Shown here one piece after another: positions 39,600 to 52,397 of a stretch of DNA of 64,000 bases. The stretch covers positions 682,001 through 746,000 of the forward strand of contig CM039006.1 of NCBI GenBank assembly GCA_017499595.2, read 5' to 3'. Both the position numbers and the translations under genes were made by a program. The notes under the pieces are model-generated. The model worked only from the letters and a program-made list of their open reading frames with translations. It was not told the origin of the DNA and did not search any database. The DNA comes from Psilocybe cubensis. Lineage: Eukaryota. Numbering within the stretch: the first letter of the stretch is position 1; every line of letters begins with the position of its first letter.

Positions 39600-40286
39600 G
39601 CTGAACACTTCTTTGTTCCTTTTGTTACAGTATTCCAAGAGTTTCCGGGTTTTATTGAATGTCGTCACCTTTCTTTTTACTCCTTTGTTGGACTGCTCCT
39701 TTTTCTTCTTCCATTCCTCTTATCTGTGTTCCCCCAATTTTATCCATCCTAAACCAAAGAAAAGACCATTTGACATGCAAGAACAACCTCAACTTTTTGG
39801 CCCTACATTGTGCTGAGTCTCAGCAAAGCGATGTCAAATGAAATGGTGACCTAGCCTTTTTCTTTGGCTCGATATTTTTCTCTCTCCAAACAAGCAGAGT
39901 AAAGTAGTTAGTTGAATGTACGTAGGATTCAGGGAAGATTATTGTGCTTACAACGCTTGTTATGTGCACAGTTACGATTTGTGCTTTGTGAACGACATTG
40001 TATTATTACGCCTGCTTCTTTGTATAAAACCTTGACCAATAAAATCCGTGTACTTACCAAGCTATGTATACTACATAGACGGCAAATCAGAGAAATCTAG
40101 TGGTGACATCATTATACCTTTAAATACTTGAGATGGAGAAATCCATGGAATGTTCTTCTCTTGGAAGTTTGGGATCATTATAAGCATCTCCCAGGACTCA
40201 CTCACATCACAGGCGGAGAACCTTCACACTGCCCCCCTCCCCCGCATAATCAGCAACTTCTTGCCAGCAACCTGAAATCCCGGTAA

Positions 40287-41710
40287 ATGACCGCTGTCAC
40301 AGATTCCATCGTGTTTCGCCATCTGTTCTCAACTCCACAATCATCGGCCATCTGGTCTGACTCGCGGCGAACGCAGTACTATCTCGATTTTGAAGCTTCA
40401 TTGGCGATCGTTCAAGCGCGTTTGGGGATCATACCCACAGAAGCTGGGGAGATCATATCATCGAGATGTTCGGTTGAGCTGTTTGACATGGAAGAGCTTG
40501 GGGAGGAAACCAAGAAAATAGGCTATCCTGTGCTTCCTGTGGTGAAGCAGCTTGTCCGCTCCGTCAACAATGTCAAGGCAGGGCTTGGAGAGTGGGCACA
40601 CTGGGGTGCTACAACTCAGGTTGTTTATAACTAATTCGTGGCTTGTAGCACCGAAACTTGGGTTAATTTCTTTTCTAGGATGTCACAGATACTGCCACCA
40701 TTCTTCAGATACGAGACACACTGCACCTATTTTCAGAATCGCTGATGAAAATAACGGAGGCTTCACGAGATTTAGCCTTGAAGTATAAATCTACTCCCAT
40801 GGCTGCTCGTTCCAATTTACAACAAGCCGTGCCCATGACCTTTGGCTTCAAAATGGCGCGCCTGCTAGCCACATTCGAAAGGCATCGCAAGAGGCTCGAG
40901 GAGATTTTACCTCGTATATTGGTCCTTCAATTCGGAGGCGCCGTGGGCACCCTTGCGACACTCTCTGATACAGGCTTGGCACTACAAGTCCAAAACGAAT
41001 TGGCGTCCAAGCTCGGTTTAGCCGTCCCAGATATAGCCTGGCACACTGAGAGAGACCGAATCGCCGAGTTTGGTGCGTTCTGCGCGTTACTGACTGGCAC
41101 CTGCGCAAAATTTGCGTTCGATGTCAAGTTGCTCATGCAGACAGAGGTCGGGGAAGTCGCAGAGCCGTATGCACCCCATCGTGGCTCCAGCAGTACCATG
41201 CCCCAGAAAAGAAACCCCATCTCTAGTGTCTATATTACCTCGATCGCGAGCACCGTCAGACAGTTGAGTACTGCGCTCTTTGATGGCATGGTGGAGGATC
41301 ACGAACGCAGCACTGGCCCATGGGAGATTGAGTGGATTGTGCTTCCCCAAATCTCTACCCTGACGCACGCTTGCCTAGAGCACACTCTGGAGCTGCTGCA
41401 AGGCCTAGAGGTTTATCCCGAGGCAATGAAGAGAAATCTTGAGATTACCAATGGGGCAATCGTCAGCGAAGCAGTTATGATGGGTCTTGGGAAGAAGATA
41501 GGCCGCCAAGTGGCACACGACTTGGTGTACGATATATGCAGGGAGGTAGCAAAAGATCCAACTGTATCGCTTATCGACCTTTTGGCCAGCGATGAACGCG
41601 TCCAGAGATCGGGACTGAGCAGAGATCTGTTGGAGAACCTTTGTGATCCCGCGAACTATATCGGACTGAGCGAAGAAATGGTTCTCAAGGTAGTTAATAG
41701 CACGTACTGA
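40287..41710 (+). CDS. 3-carboxy-cis,cis-muconate cycloisomerase (PcaB-like) / fumarase-aspartase superfamily lyase
   Basis: HWGATTQDVTDT, ARSNLQQAVPMTFG, QFGGAVGTL, WHTERDR, signature GSSTMPQKRNP and HERSTGPWEIEW. Single intron at about 40620-40678. Confidence 0.85.
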
Positions 41711-44700
41711 AGCTTATCTAGCCTATCATGGCATACAACGGTCCAAAAATGCAGAAGAACTAATAATTTGGTATACCAGAGGTCGCTGTGAGAGTTGGAC
41801 GACAGAAATGCCGAGAGAAACAGGACGAAAAGATTGCCTCAGATACAATGAAGATAAGAAAGTGACGAGATATTTCAACTGCGGCACCAATGAGCCATTC
41901 TTTTGGGCGCAAAGTGGTATTGAAAGGCCCTTCCAAGGTCTTCAGATAAGCATTTAGTGGGTCGCAGCAGTCGGCCGCCAGATTTGCATCCGTTTCAGAA
42001 CAGCAACATGCAACTCGGAGTAATAGACGTACCATTGAATTCACAGGATTCGTTTCGCGTTCTCGGAATCTGTGGCTGAGGATTTATGCAAAAATACTTA
42101 CTCTGAACTTTTGTGTACTGTCTTCTGTCAATGGGAGTTAACAAAAGCGACGAAAAACGAAGGACTGTGGGTGTTCTTGCTTGATTGTAAAGACATCAGT
42201 AAATACAAATAAATTCTTGAAAAAAGGCGTACTATATTTAGGCTCACATGCAGCAACGCCGACGCCGATTATGTCCGAACCTTCAGACCAGTCGGTGTCG
42301 TCAAGGATTTAGCCCTTTTGAGGACTTTCTTATCTCACCTCGAACACATGTCTTTATCAATATTTATCATGGGGTTGATACTTCGATAACTCCTCGACTT
42401 ATTTGCATTCATTTCTCTCCTTATCTGACTGCAGCTTTTCATATGATCCAATCTTGGGACTTTATTTCCACAGCCTCCTTCATTGCTCCTTCACCTCCTT
42501 CAAATCGCAAGCACCCTGCAACGGCCTGCGATTTCCCTAATTCAAGTAATTATATTGAATCGTGTGAAATTACCCCAGACTGGGGATCAAAGAAGGCGTG
42601 GTTTCACTATTCCCGGTTCGCTTATTTCCAGTGCTTCTTCCATACCGCCGGCGAAATGCTGGATCTTCACCACAAACAAACCCTGACCACCCTCAGTGTA
42701 ATTTCAAATGGCGGAATGGTGGTGTTGGGTATATTCTCTTGCTATCTCTAATGTTTTCAGGGATGTTAATCCATGTCACTTATTCATAACGCGTGTATTT
42801 CGATGCATTACACGTTCAAAGGTGTGTTCGCTACATCCGCGGCAATGTGGAACTGCATTCATTCAGCGCAGTCCAGCGCAGCGTCAGAACTCAACACAAC
42901 TGGTATCGTATTTATTCGAGAGAAAGACATCATTGATAGGCACTCACTTACTATATTTACTTCTTGTAAATTTATTTTAATTTCCTGCTACTTCATTATC
43001 CGATTTTTGAAACGATGATGCTTGGGTACGTACCTTGAGGAAGTTGCCATTAAGTGACACACACGATATTATTAGAACAAACGCCGCACGGAACTTGCCG
43101 ACCTGGGTGGGGTTCAACAATCTGGCCCAACAGTATGGACTTACGGACATTCGCATCTAAATATCTCCAGTTACATGCTCACGGGGAAGATGTCTAGACT
43201 CTCCCCAAATTTTGGCCGTAGTGTGCTCTATCATGAATTAAATGGACAATTTTCGGACCAATAGATTCTAATCCAGCAACATGATCTTGAAAGTCTGTGT
43301 GTTTGCGGTGTGGTTAATGTCATACTACTGGAGTGAGCTCTAAAGGGTCAAGGTCAGGAGAGTCTGTGTGTCAAATCTAATCGATTACATCCACCGATGA
43401 GATTGATACCAGTCATGCCGTTTTTTTACCATCGGATGGTACCGATTCCCAGGATTTGGTGACCTCGTTGATAGGTCGCTGGAGCTTTGAGCACCTTCCA
43501 ATCAAAACATCACGTCTCATTCTGGTAAAGTCAGAGGATATACTCCTGTCAGGCCGGGACCTTCTGATGACTTGACAATGACACGTTCATTCGCGGGAGA
43601 AATTGACCAAGAATATCTGCATTTGGGCGCAACATGGTACCTACCGTAAATTTTGATCTAAATTATCATCTCCCCGTTGATGCAATTCTTTCCAAAATTG
43701 AGGTGATTAGGTAGAAGAGTAGAGTAGAAACCTAAAGAATCAGTTTATAACCTAAATATAATAATTTTTTGCTGGAAATACGCAACGCTTCCTGGATATA
43801 AAATGTCCCGCTGCGAACCTTTCGCTGCTTCCGAGTCGCACCATATATTATTTTTGTGTATGTCGAAAGTGTATGCCTGACTCTTACGTCTGTCTGCTTT
43901 ATGAGAGTGGCTAGCACCGAAGCCTCTGACCAGCTGATGAAACCAATCACGCGCTATTTCTATTCAAAAACTTGGGGATGTCCGGCAGCGGCATGGTTTC
44001 ATTCACAGCTGTTACGCGTTCTAACTACAACCCATACCATTATGGCGTGAGCCTGGAAAATGCCAGATCCCAGAAATCTCGTCCTTTAGGTCCTTCCATA
44101 CACTGGCGCCACAAATGTACTCCTCGACCACCCGGCTGCCTTCGAGGGTACTCAATTTGCGCGGCGAATCCCAGGTAAACTTCCTGGTTGGCACCTTCTC
44201 GCATCGTCGATCCGGAGGTTACCGACCCAGGGCATATTCGAGTCCTCATATGGCGCCAATTGACGACATGGGCGATCGTGAATATGAATTATCAATGTGG
44301 CTGAGACCGGAGTGGTAGCTGGTATATGGTAGAATATACGGAACGGGGTTGTTTTGATGCGTCAGGGTGAGCCTTGCGTTCCTTGGTCTTATTTGAGGTC
44401 GCAATACTTATTCCTATGACCATTTGAACAGATTAAACGAACAACTCTATGGCAGTAGAAAGGTCCTTGGTATGACAGATTCGTTGAAACCATTCTACTC
44501 ATGGATTTTGGGGGACAACACATTCAGTACACTAAGATCACATTTGATCTTGTCAACGAGTCATATAGAATGGTCCCATGTGCCCGTTGTTTACCTGTGC
44601 TCGCTGCTCAAAGGTCTGTTCAAGTTCTCACCATCGTGATCATTCATCGCTGCGCACTGAATTTGACGACTGTTAGAGGCTTGTGACTCCAAAGACCTAA

Positions 44701-45090
44701 TGAGGCTGCTGCGAACTGGAGTCCTTAATTTAAAGTGTGTGCATGACGCACTGTATACCATCACTGAGAAGTCAGGTTTTCGACCAAGGGCGCTGTTTTA
44801 ACTATTTCAAATACTCAACATTCATTAGAAGGGGTCGTGGACTGCATTGACATGAATGCCAAGTTCAAGCAACGCGCCGAGATCTCGGTAGAAGATGTTA
44901 CACATACAAAAGGTATTAGTACATATTTTGTGTGAGAGATAATCTTTTGTGACTCTCCCTGACTCTCCTAGTCATGCCCCGGTAATATTCAATGTTGAAA
45001 AAAGGTGGATGTGTGATCCAAGGGGATCACAATCAGATATCGTGGTCAGTCCACAAAGCCATGTGAACAAACAGGGCGGTTTTGGTGTCA

Positions 45091-45903
45091 TCACATTCCA
45101 TACTTCCTTCTCAATGCTAACCAAGCAGGTGCTGCAGAGGCATTCCGAGACACAAACACGTTCATATCTTGCTCAGTAATCCGGTTTATGTCGACGCGAT
45201 TCCAGTACCGAACGAATACGTATAAGATGTCCTGCGCGTCGCGCTCCGAACCACGTCTTGAAAAGGAAATAGATTCAATAGTGTTGTATGTACGGTTGTT
45301 AATGACACATACATTACCCATGATTTCAGTTTGGCTCGGATGAATTCAGATACTGTCAAGAAGGGGACGTTCTGAACCCTCATAACTGTTGACGTGTCCA
45401 GATGACGCGGGCCCGTTTCTCCTGCCGGCAGTATCTCGATCTGAAATAGCGACAGGGTTCGCGTTGGAGAGACGTTCAGAGCGGCATAAACGGGATATAC
45501 TTACGTCGATTGCCGGAATCAAACGACGGTATGTGACGTGTAGTCTGGGCAAAATGAGCAATGGTTAAGAAATAGAAGACGCTCGCTGCTGACCGGTTTG
45601 TCCAAGGAGAATGGGTTACGGTGAAATCTTCGTTGCCTGAAACCGCGTCTCTCGTCCTACGGAATGGGTGAGCTTGGTTGTGGCCACCTTCGACAATACA
45701 AAAGATCTCCTGAAGTGCGGCGAGCAAAGCAAAAGTTGAAAATCGGGGGCTCGATCAATAGGGAATATACTTGCGTCACTAAGAGGAGTGTTGGCGAGGA
45801 CTGCAGTGAGAACGCTGCCGTAGAATGCATGGGGTATTGAGGCATTCCGGAGAAGCAAAGACAAGGCAGCAGCAGCCTCCAAGAGTCTACGAGTCTCGTG
45901 CAT
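45091..45903 (-). CDS. Hypothetical ~190-aa protein with predicted nucleotidyltransferase (pol-beta superfamily)-like fold
   Basis: Exons join as LLRNASIPHAFYGSVLTAVLA...DEIFCIV...IDIEILP...PFLTVSEFIRAKLKSW...RGSERDAQDILYV. The hG[GS], acidic strand and K...R..D..D pattern is read by eye. Confidence 0.6.
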
Positions 45904-46548
45904 GGTGGGTGGGGAGTAGGAGAAAGTGTAGGACGAATGTCAAGCGTAGGTCATAATATGAGAACACGCATCCGCCGAAGTTGAAGTAGCAGTCGAAGGG
46001 GTGATCTTAAGATATGTAATAAGACCGCAAAGAGGGCTCCAGCCCGCAAAGAATGATATCAGCAGATACATGATCTTCTTCGTCCCTTTGCCGAACACGG
46101 GTATGTCCGATCAGGAGAAGGAGAGCACGTTGCGGCAACGTTTTCGCAAACCAGAAGATTGAACTGTGTGTATGAGGACACGGGAAGGCAGAAAGGCAAT
46201 CTCGGGATGGGGCAGACTGTGGAGGCATCGGACTGATAAGAGAGATATTCCACGAATAAGACGGAGGACAGCAGATAGTATTTTCGGTCTTTTGTAGATC
46301 AAAGCCACGACCATGAAGGCGAAGAGAGCGTCTGAGAAGGCCAACAGCTTAATCGGGGCAGACCACTCCCTTTCAGCGGTAATTCGTCCAAATACGGTCA
46401 CAAATAAACATTAAATTTATCCGTCACATGTCACACATATCACGTTCTTGCCAAGCACGCTCTCTCCCCTTTTCTTCTACTACACTAGTACTACCTCTGC
46501 GCTGAATCTCGGTGGAGAGCCAGGCTGCGTCAAGAGTCCGATTTGCGC

Positions 46549-48557
46549 ATGCATAGAGCCTGCTGGAGACAACGTCCAAGTCATGTAAGCCCGCGGTGGC
46601 CCACACAGCCTCCAACGTCCATTGCCTGCCTGAACCAGCTTCGAAATTTCACCGTGGACCATCGCGAGAGGATTCGGATCCACGCTTCAGGTCTATATAA
46701 CCGCTCATTACCTCCGACTACCCGGCAATTTTCGTGGTCATTCAAATCTCAGCCTCGGTTGCAGGTCCAGGAGTTCACTGAGCTACCTGACAATGAACAG
46801 GACGTCACTCGGGCCGCCATCCTCGACAAGGTCATGAAAGGTCGCCAGCCAACTGATCTCATGCTACGTTGTGAGTCCCACTGCCACCCCCACTTGCCCC
46901 TGCACCACTAATTAAACAACCCAGGTACCATTCTCGATGCTGAAGGTAGAGTCATTCGCTAAGCGGAACGGACCATGTCGGAGTTGATCTGCTCGTAGGT
47001 AACGTCAAAACAATCTCCGGACAATTCAAAAAGTCGGATCTCAGTGCTGAGCATCGCCTGAATGTGAGAGCGGGTTCGTTCGGTGCGAGTTGGATAATTA
47101 ACGAAATGGCTAAATCGCCAGGCCCGTGACCTCCGGAAAATCGATTCTAGGATTCCAAATCTCGTTCCAACTATTCTTGTTCGAAAAGAAGCCATCCTCG
47201 TATGTCTTGAAACTTAGTATGTCATGCTCAGATCCTCATCTGTTCTCTAGGTCAACATTCTTCACATACGCGCCCTCGTCAAGGCGGATGCTGTCATTCT
47301 ATTCGACACTTTTGGTTCTGCGGATTCCAGGCTTCATTCGGTATTCTTATATCACTTAGAAGTTTGTCTGCTTTTCTGCTCTGTAAATTACCGCTGTTGA
47401 TTCTTTTTACTAGCACAATCTCAAATCAAAAGGTGCTGGAACGCCTTACGAATTTCGGTATTTCGATCTAGTCCAAATAACCGTATGATAGTTAGCTCAT
47501 CTCCGATACCAGCGCTCTCGAATCCATCCTTCTCTCTGTTCTAAGCGCCCTTGAGGCCGAAATGGTCTTTATTAGAAACCTCGTTGGTGGATTACTAGCA
47601 GAGATGGAAGATAACATCGACCACGATCGTTTCAAAAGACTTCTGCACTACTCCCGACGACTGGCGAGCTTCAAAAATAGGGCCACATTGGTAAACATTT
47701 GCCCACCTTCCCTCCGATACTAAAGCTCATTTAAATAAAACAGGTGGAAGAAGCCCTTGACGAAGTCCTCAGTCAAGGTATTTTAAGCTCAAACTTTTTT
47801 AAGTCTTTCGTTCCCTTACTCATATAGCTCCCTTGCAGATGAGGATATGGATGCTATGTATTTGACAGACAAGAAAAACAATCAAGAAGTTGTTGATCAC
47901 GAGGAACTTGAGGTGCTTTTGGAGTCTTTCTCGAAGCAAGTAGAAGAAATAGTCAATGAAGCCGAAAACATAGAGGTAACGCTACACCTCCTTAACTTCA
48001 GTATCATTACATCGTTACTCAAGTTTCGCGGCAGAGCAACGTCCAATCTACACAAGAGATTGTGGAGTTGATACTAGATTCTAACCGAAATGCCCTTTTA
48101 GCACTGGATCTACAGGTAAGTTGTCAGGAACGCCTTTCATTTCGATTTAACCTTTTGGTTAGGTATCAATAGCCACATTGGGAGTTGGCTCCGGCGCCTT
48201 GGTCGCTGGACTATTTGGCATGAATGTAAGTACCGTCGTCGAAATCACTCGTCCGAATGACTCACCATGGACGTCTTGTGATACAGTTACTAAGTCATTT
48301 CGAAAACCATCCATATGGTTTCTATGTCATGACTGGACTTTCGGCCACGCTTGCTTTCTTGGTCGCGTTCACAGGATTTCGCAAGTGAGTTCACAGTGCC
48401 AATACAATCTGTTGTTTATGCGCCTTTTCTCAATGTTTGTCCCAGGCTTTCAAAAATACGCAAAGTGGGGTTGTCTTCTACTACCCAGAAGCTTAAGCCC
48501 ACGAAGCAGTGGCTTCCATTACCCCTTCGTAACAGGATTCCAGGCGGCTGGTCATGA
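46549..48557 (+). CDS. MRS2: Mitochondrial CorA-family magnesium transporter (Mrs2/Lpe10)
   Basis: LRCTILDAEG, RDLRKIDS, PTILVRKEAILVNILHIRALVKAD, PYEFRALE, DEDMDAMYL, ELEVLLESF, LILDSNRNALL and the GMN motif in LVAGLFGMN. Many micro-exons. Confidence 0.92.
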
Positions 48558-51500
48558 TGCCATGCACGATGCCCTCTGAAGGGGACATTATACCTCTTCA
48601 GTCGCGTGACGAAGTAATATCAACACCCCCTTCTCACACTAATTTTAGCTCAGGATATACCACTATCTATAACTAACGTATACGGTGATTCAATTTAATA
48701 TAGATGAAGGGAAATTAATCGAGAAAGCCAATCTCTTTATTGGACCAAATCACCAGAGCTTCTGGTTCTGTGAGCTGCTGTGGGGTCGGGACTTGGTGCT
48801 GTGTCTGATAGATGACGCAGCAGAGTCATCTCCAGGGGAAGTTAGAATAACTTGACGCTTCAATTCCATTCTCTGAGCATAAAGTTATAGTTCCAGCCTT
48901 ATATTTAATACTTCGACCTCAAGTAGGCTGATAGGGGTAGGTTCGACTCTTGTTGAGGATGCATAGATAAAATTTTAAGATTAAAACTGAAAAGCTTTGA
49001 CAGGAAACGTCATGCCGTTATGTTTCGTTTTCGCAACGACGAACTTGCAGGAAGTGGTTAGAGCTTCCTTCCATCGTTTTGGACAGGGAAGCACCAGAAT
49101 GAGATTTTGCGGACGTGAGTTGGGATACCCATGGTCGAAATGAGCAAGGTTTGGTTAGATTTTGATTGGATTTGTGATCCAAAAGGAGTTGAAAGAAGTA
49201 CCATACGTTTGGGATAGATAATCGAGGTTACTGGAAACGATAATTTCCGGCTGGGGAGTCTGGTCACCAGTCTCGGTTCGTGATCCTTCCTGTTCTCAAG
49301 AATTGTCCAACAAGCTTTTTGTGTCCAATTAAACACGCACAGCAGGATTGCGCAATAATGGGGTGGTTTAAGCCTCCGTTGGGCGTGGTAAATTGATCAT
49401 TCCAGATGGATGAATTCATGAAGCACAGATCCCATGCGTTGGGCCCATTGGGTGCCAGCGCTCAAAATGAACTATCCGATACAAGAGACAGCACTTGCCT
49501 TGAGGAGACGAACGGGTCCTGTCATGAATAACTTGCCCATCCGATCGTTTCTGGTGTTTGTCATAAGACTCGGATGGTTGCCAACTAGGAAGCTGGGGGG
49601 CATATATTCCGAGCCGGAGATGAGTACCATGCAGAACGAGTTAGCACCTTCAGCTAGAAATGTACGCAAAGTCCACGGTAAAGACCACATGGATTATGGG
49701 GTCATTTCAGATGAGGAACTGATAATCGTCACGAAAGAATGCCCGGAGGTATCGATTCTCAGTGATCATGATCAGCTTATGAGTGATTAGAAATGAGATG
49801 AGTTCGAAGCATCAGTTGTAGTGTGCACATCTTGCATAGAATGCATACATAATTCGAATACGGGGCATTTGTAATCCAGATCAGCAAGAAGTATAAGATG
49901 TCGCGGGAAGAGGAGTAAATGAAAAGCCGCGATACATGAGCCAGATCCAATGATATGTTATGCTTCATTCCAAGAACAGAAGATATGTTGTATCTGCAGT
50001 ATCCTCGGAGAGACAATAAAACGAAATGGATGTCTGCCAGGTCTCTGACATCGGGACGTCGTATCCGACTCTTTGAGAGGGACATTGAATCGTACGATGA
50101 CACAAACGCCGGTCTCCCAATCGGACAGTGATATATGAATAGCGGGCGCCGGGTTCGAAGTGTGTTTCCTCAAAGGCCTGTTAATAGCTGATCAAGTTAC
50201 GAGTCATATCGGAATCGAAACTTCAAAGAAAGGAAGCGGTTCTTTCCCAGTCAAGCCCAAGCCAGAAATTTCTGGGGTAAGTCACAACATTGCAATTAAA
50301 GTTTGCAGTTTCTGATGCAATCGAAGAAGGGAACATTGGATCACATGCGTTTAGTGAGCAAGGAATGTGCATGTCGAAGAGGGACACAAGAACTCGGAGT
50401 GAATGGTATAATTTTGTCACAGAACGACGTCAAAGACATAAGTAGGAAGACGCCGTGAAGCAAGTGTCGGATTTACGCCAAGTACCAGTAACCGAAGAAT
50501 GTCACCAGGTTTTCTGCTGAAGGCTTTGCAGAAGGGAAGCATCATGTAACGAGGAGAAATATCAGGTACTACAATTAATCACTTACAATGCGCAATACAA
50601 ATTTATGCAAACTTCTGCAATGCTGCAATGCACGATGTACCTTCGTTAAAGTCAGGTGTTTCAACGGTCGAGAGTGCACGAGTACCTAGCCTGTGAGTTT
50701 GCAGATGGCAGATGGAAAAGAATGTGCAGCTTTCGAAGTCTGGGAGAATATGCGAAACACGACAACGAGGCAGAGTTGCCCGTCCTGCAAGGCATGCTTT
50801 CCATTTACTTTCAATAAGAAGTGATCACATGTCCTGTGCCATGGGGCGCATCTCGTTTGGTTATTGCCAATGGAAGACGAATGGAACGGGAATTATTTTC
50901 TTCTTTTGGCTCGAAGGCATAACTCTTTTGATACTGATATAACAATATCTGATTTTCCTTGCAGCACCTAGATAGACCGCATTGATTTCCTGGCATTGTG
51001 TTAGTGACCCTGCAAAACACATCAATAAATGACTGGGCAAGAACATGAGGGTAAGGCTCCTCTTAGCCTTACTTGCCTCATACCTGCCTCCTGAGCCCCA
51101 CCCACATAACCGAGACACCATAAGATACCACCAAGAGCACTGCGTCCAGAATCAAGCTTAAACACAAGTAAAAAGGGTCACAAAACACAGGATCTAGACA
51201 CTGTCCGCCTAGGAGAAGGGTAGAAGACACCGTTCTGACTGCGCATCCGAGGCTCGAGGGATAAGACATTTAATGCTAGATTTAGCCCCTTCGAGAGCGA
51301 AGCAAGAAGCCGAAACCCCAGATAAGCGCTGTCAGCGCCGTGTAAGTCCAACAAGCTGCGTCGAACGAGAGGCTAAGCAAAGAATTGCCATGAGATCATG
51401 ATCAGAGAGGGGTTTTTCGAGTGCAAGGTTCAATGTTGAGCCAGAATTCAGCGAGGGTTTTTCACGCGCGTTGTGGTCACGATGCCTGTATCGATTGAGT

Positions 51501-52397
51501 CCGTTGATGTCCTTGATTTGAGGCCATGCATGGCCAAACGTACACAGGTGCTGCAAAAGGAACCTCCGCAGTCTTCAATGATTATTTCAGGCGGAATTTA
51601 AGACCTCAATAGATACAACCCTAGTTTTTCCACAAAAGACCATTAAAATGGGGGTTTATTTTGCTCAAGAAACGACTGTTGAAAAACGTCACCGTGACTG
51701 TAAACCTTGCTCAAGCTCGAACCTGCTGTGGTCTTTCTACAACCTTACTCGTTTGCAATTTTGTCAAGCATAGTATCGAGATGAACAAAAGAGGCAGCTT
51801 CTGAGAAAGGAACATAAAAGGCGGGGAATGAAAAGAGTTTCAGCTTATATGGGCCCACCGCCGTTGTGGGTCGAGAGATAAGAACGAAACCTGCCATTTA
51901 AACTGTGGCGCGACGTGATGGAAACTGACTATATTTGCCGTAAGCAAACAAGATAACGAGCGCTATTGACTCTTGAGCATATTTACGAAAGCCTTCAAAT
52001 GGGAAGTTTTTATGAGAGCATGAAACTTCAAATGTTTAACGTTTAACTCCTGCCGTTCATGTTTGGTACTAGTAACACAGCCGAAACACCCAGAGGGTTG
52101 GTAGCATTACGAGTAAAAATGATTTTTGGTGCATTAAGATCGTTGTCAGCGTCAAGCGGATAAAGAGATAGGTAAGTACGTAAAGAAATGACGAGATACA
52201 ACATAAGGTCGTCAAGATAGCTCGAAGAATAGTCTGTGATTACAACAACATAAAGGTGGTAAGAAGGTTCCAAAAATTTCGAAAGTTGCACAGGAGCATG
52301 CAAAACTTTTGATACAGGCTAAAACAAACATCAAGAACATATCCAACTCGATATAGCAAGTTGAATTCCAAAGTTGTCAAGAAGGTAGAACAAAAAT

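Noticed and set aside
41760-45000. Several 60-170 aa ORFs
   Set aside because: No protein-like motifs or consistent exon structure; likely intergenic or heavily decayed.
48917-48958. GGTTCGACTC B-box-like motif within a weak hairpin
   Set aside because: No cloverleaf or A-box, so it is not a tRNA.
49058-50450. Possible decayed F-box-like gene on the minus strand
   Set aside because: Multiple stops and no diagnostic motif; it cannot be supported.
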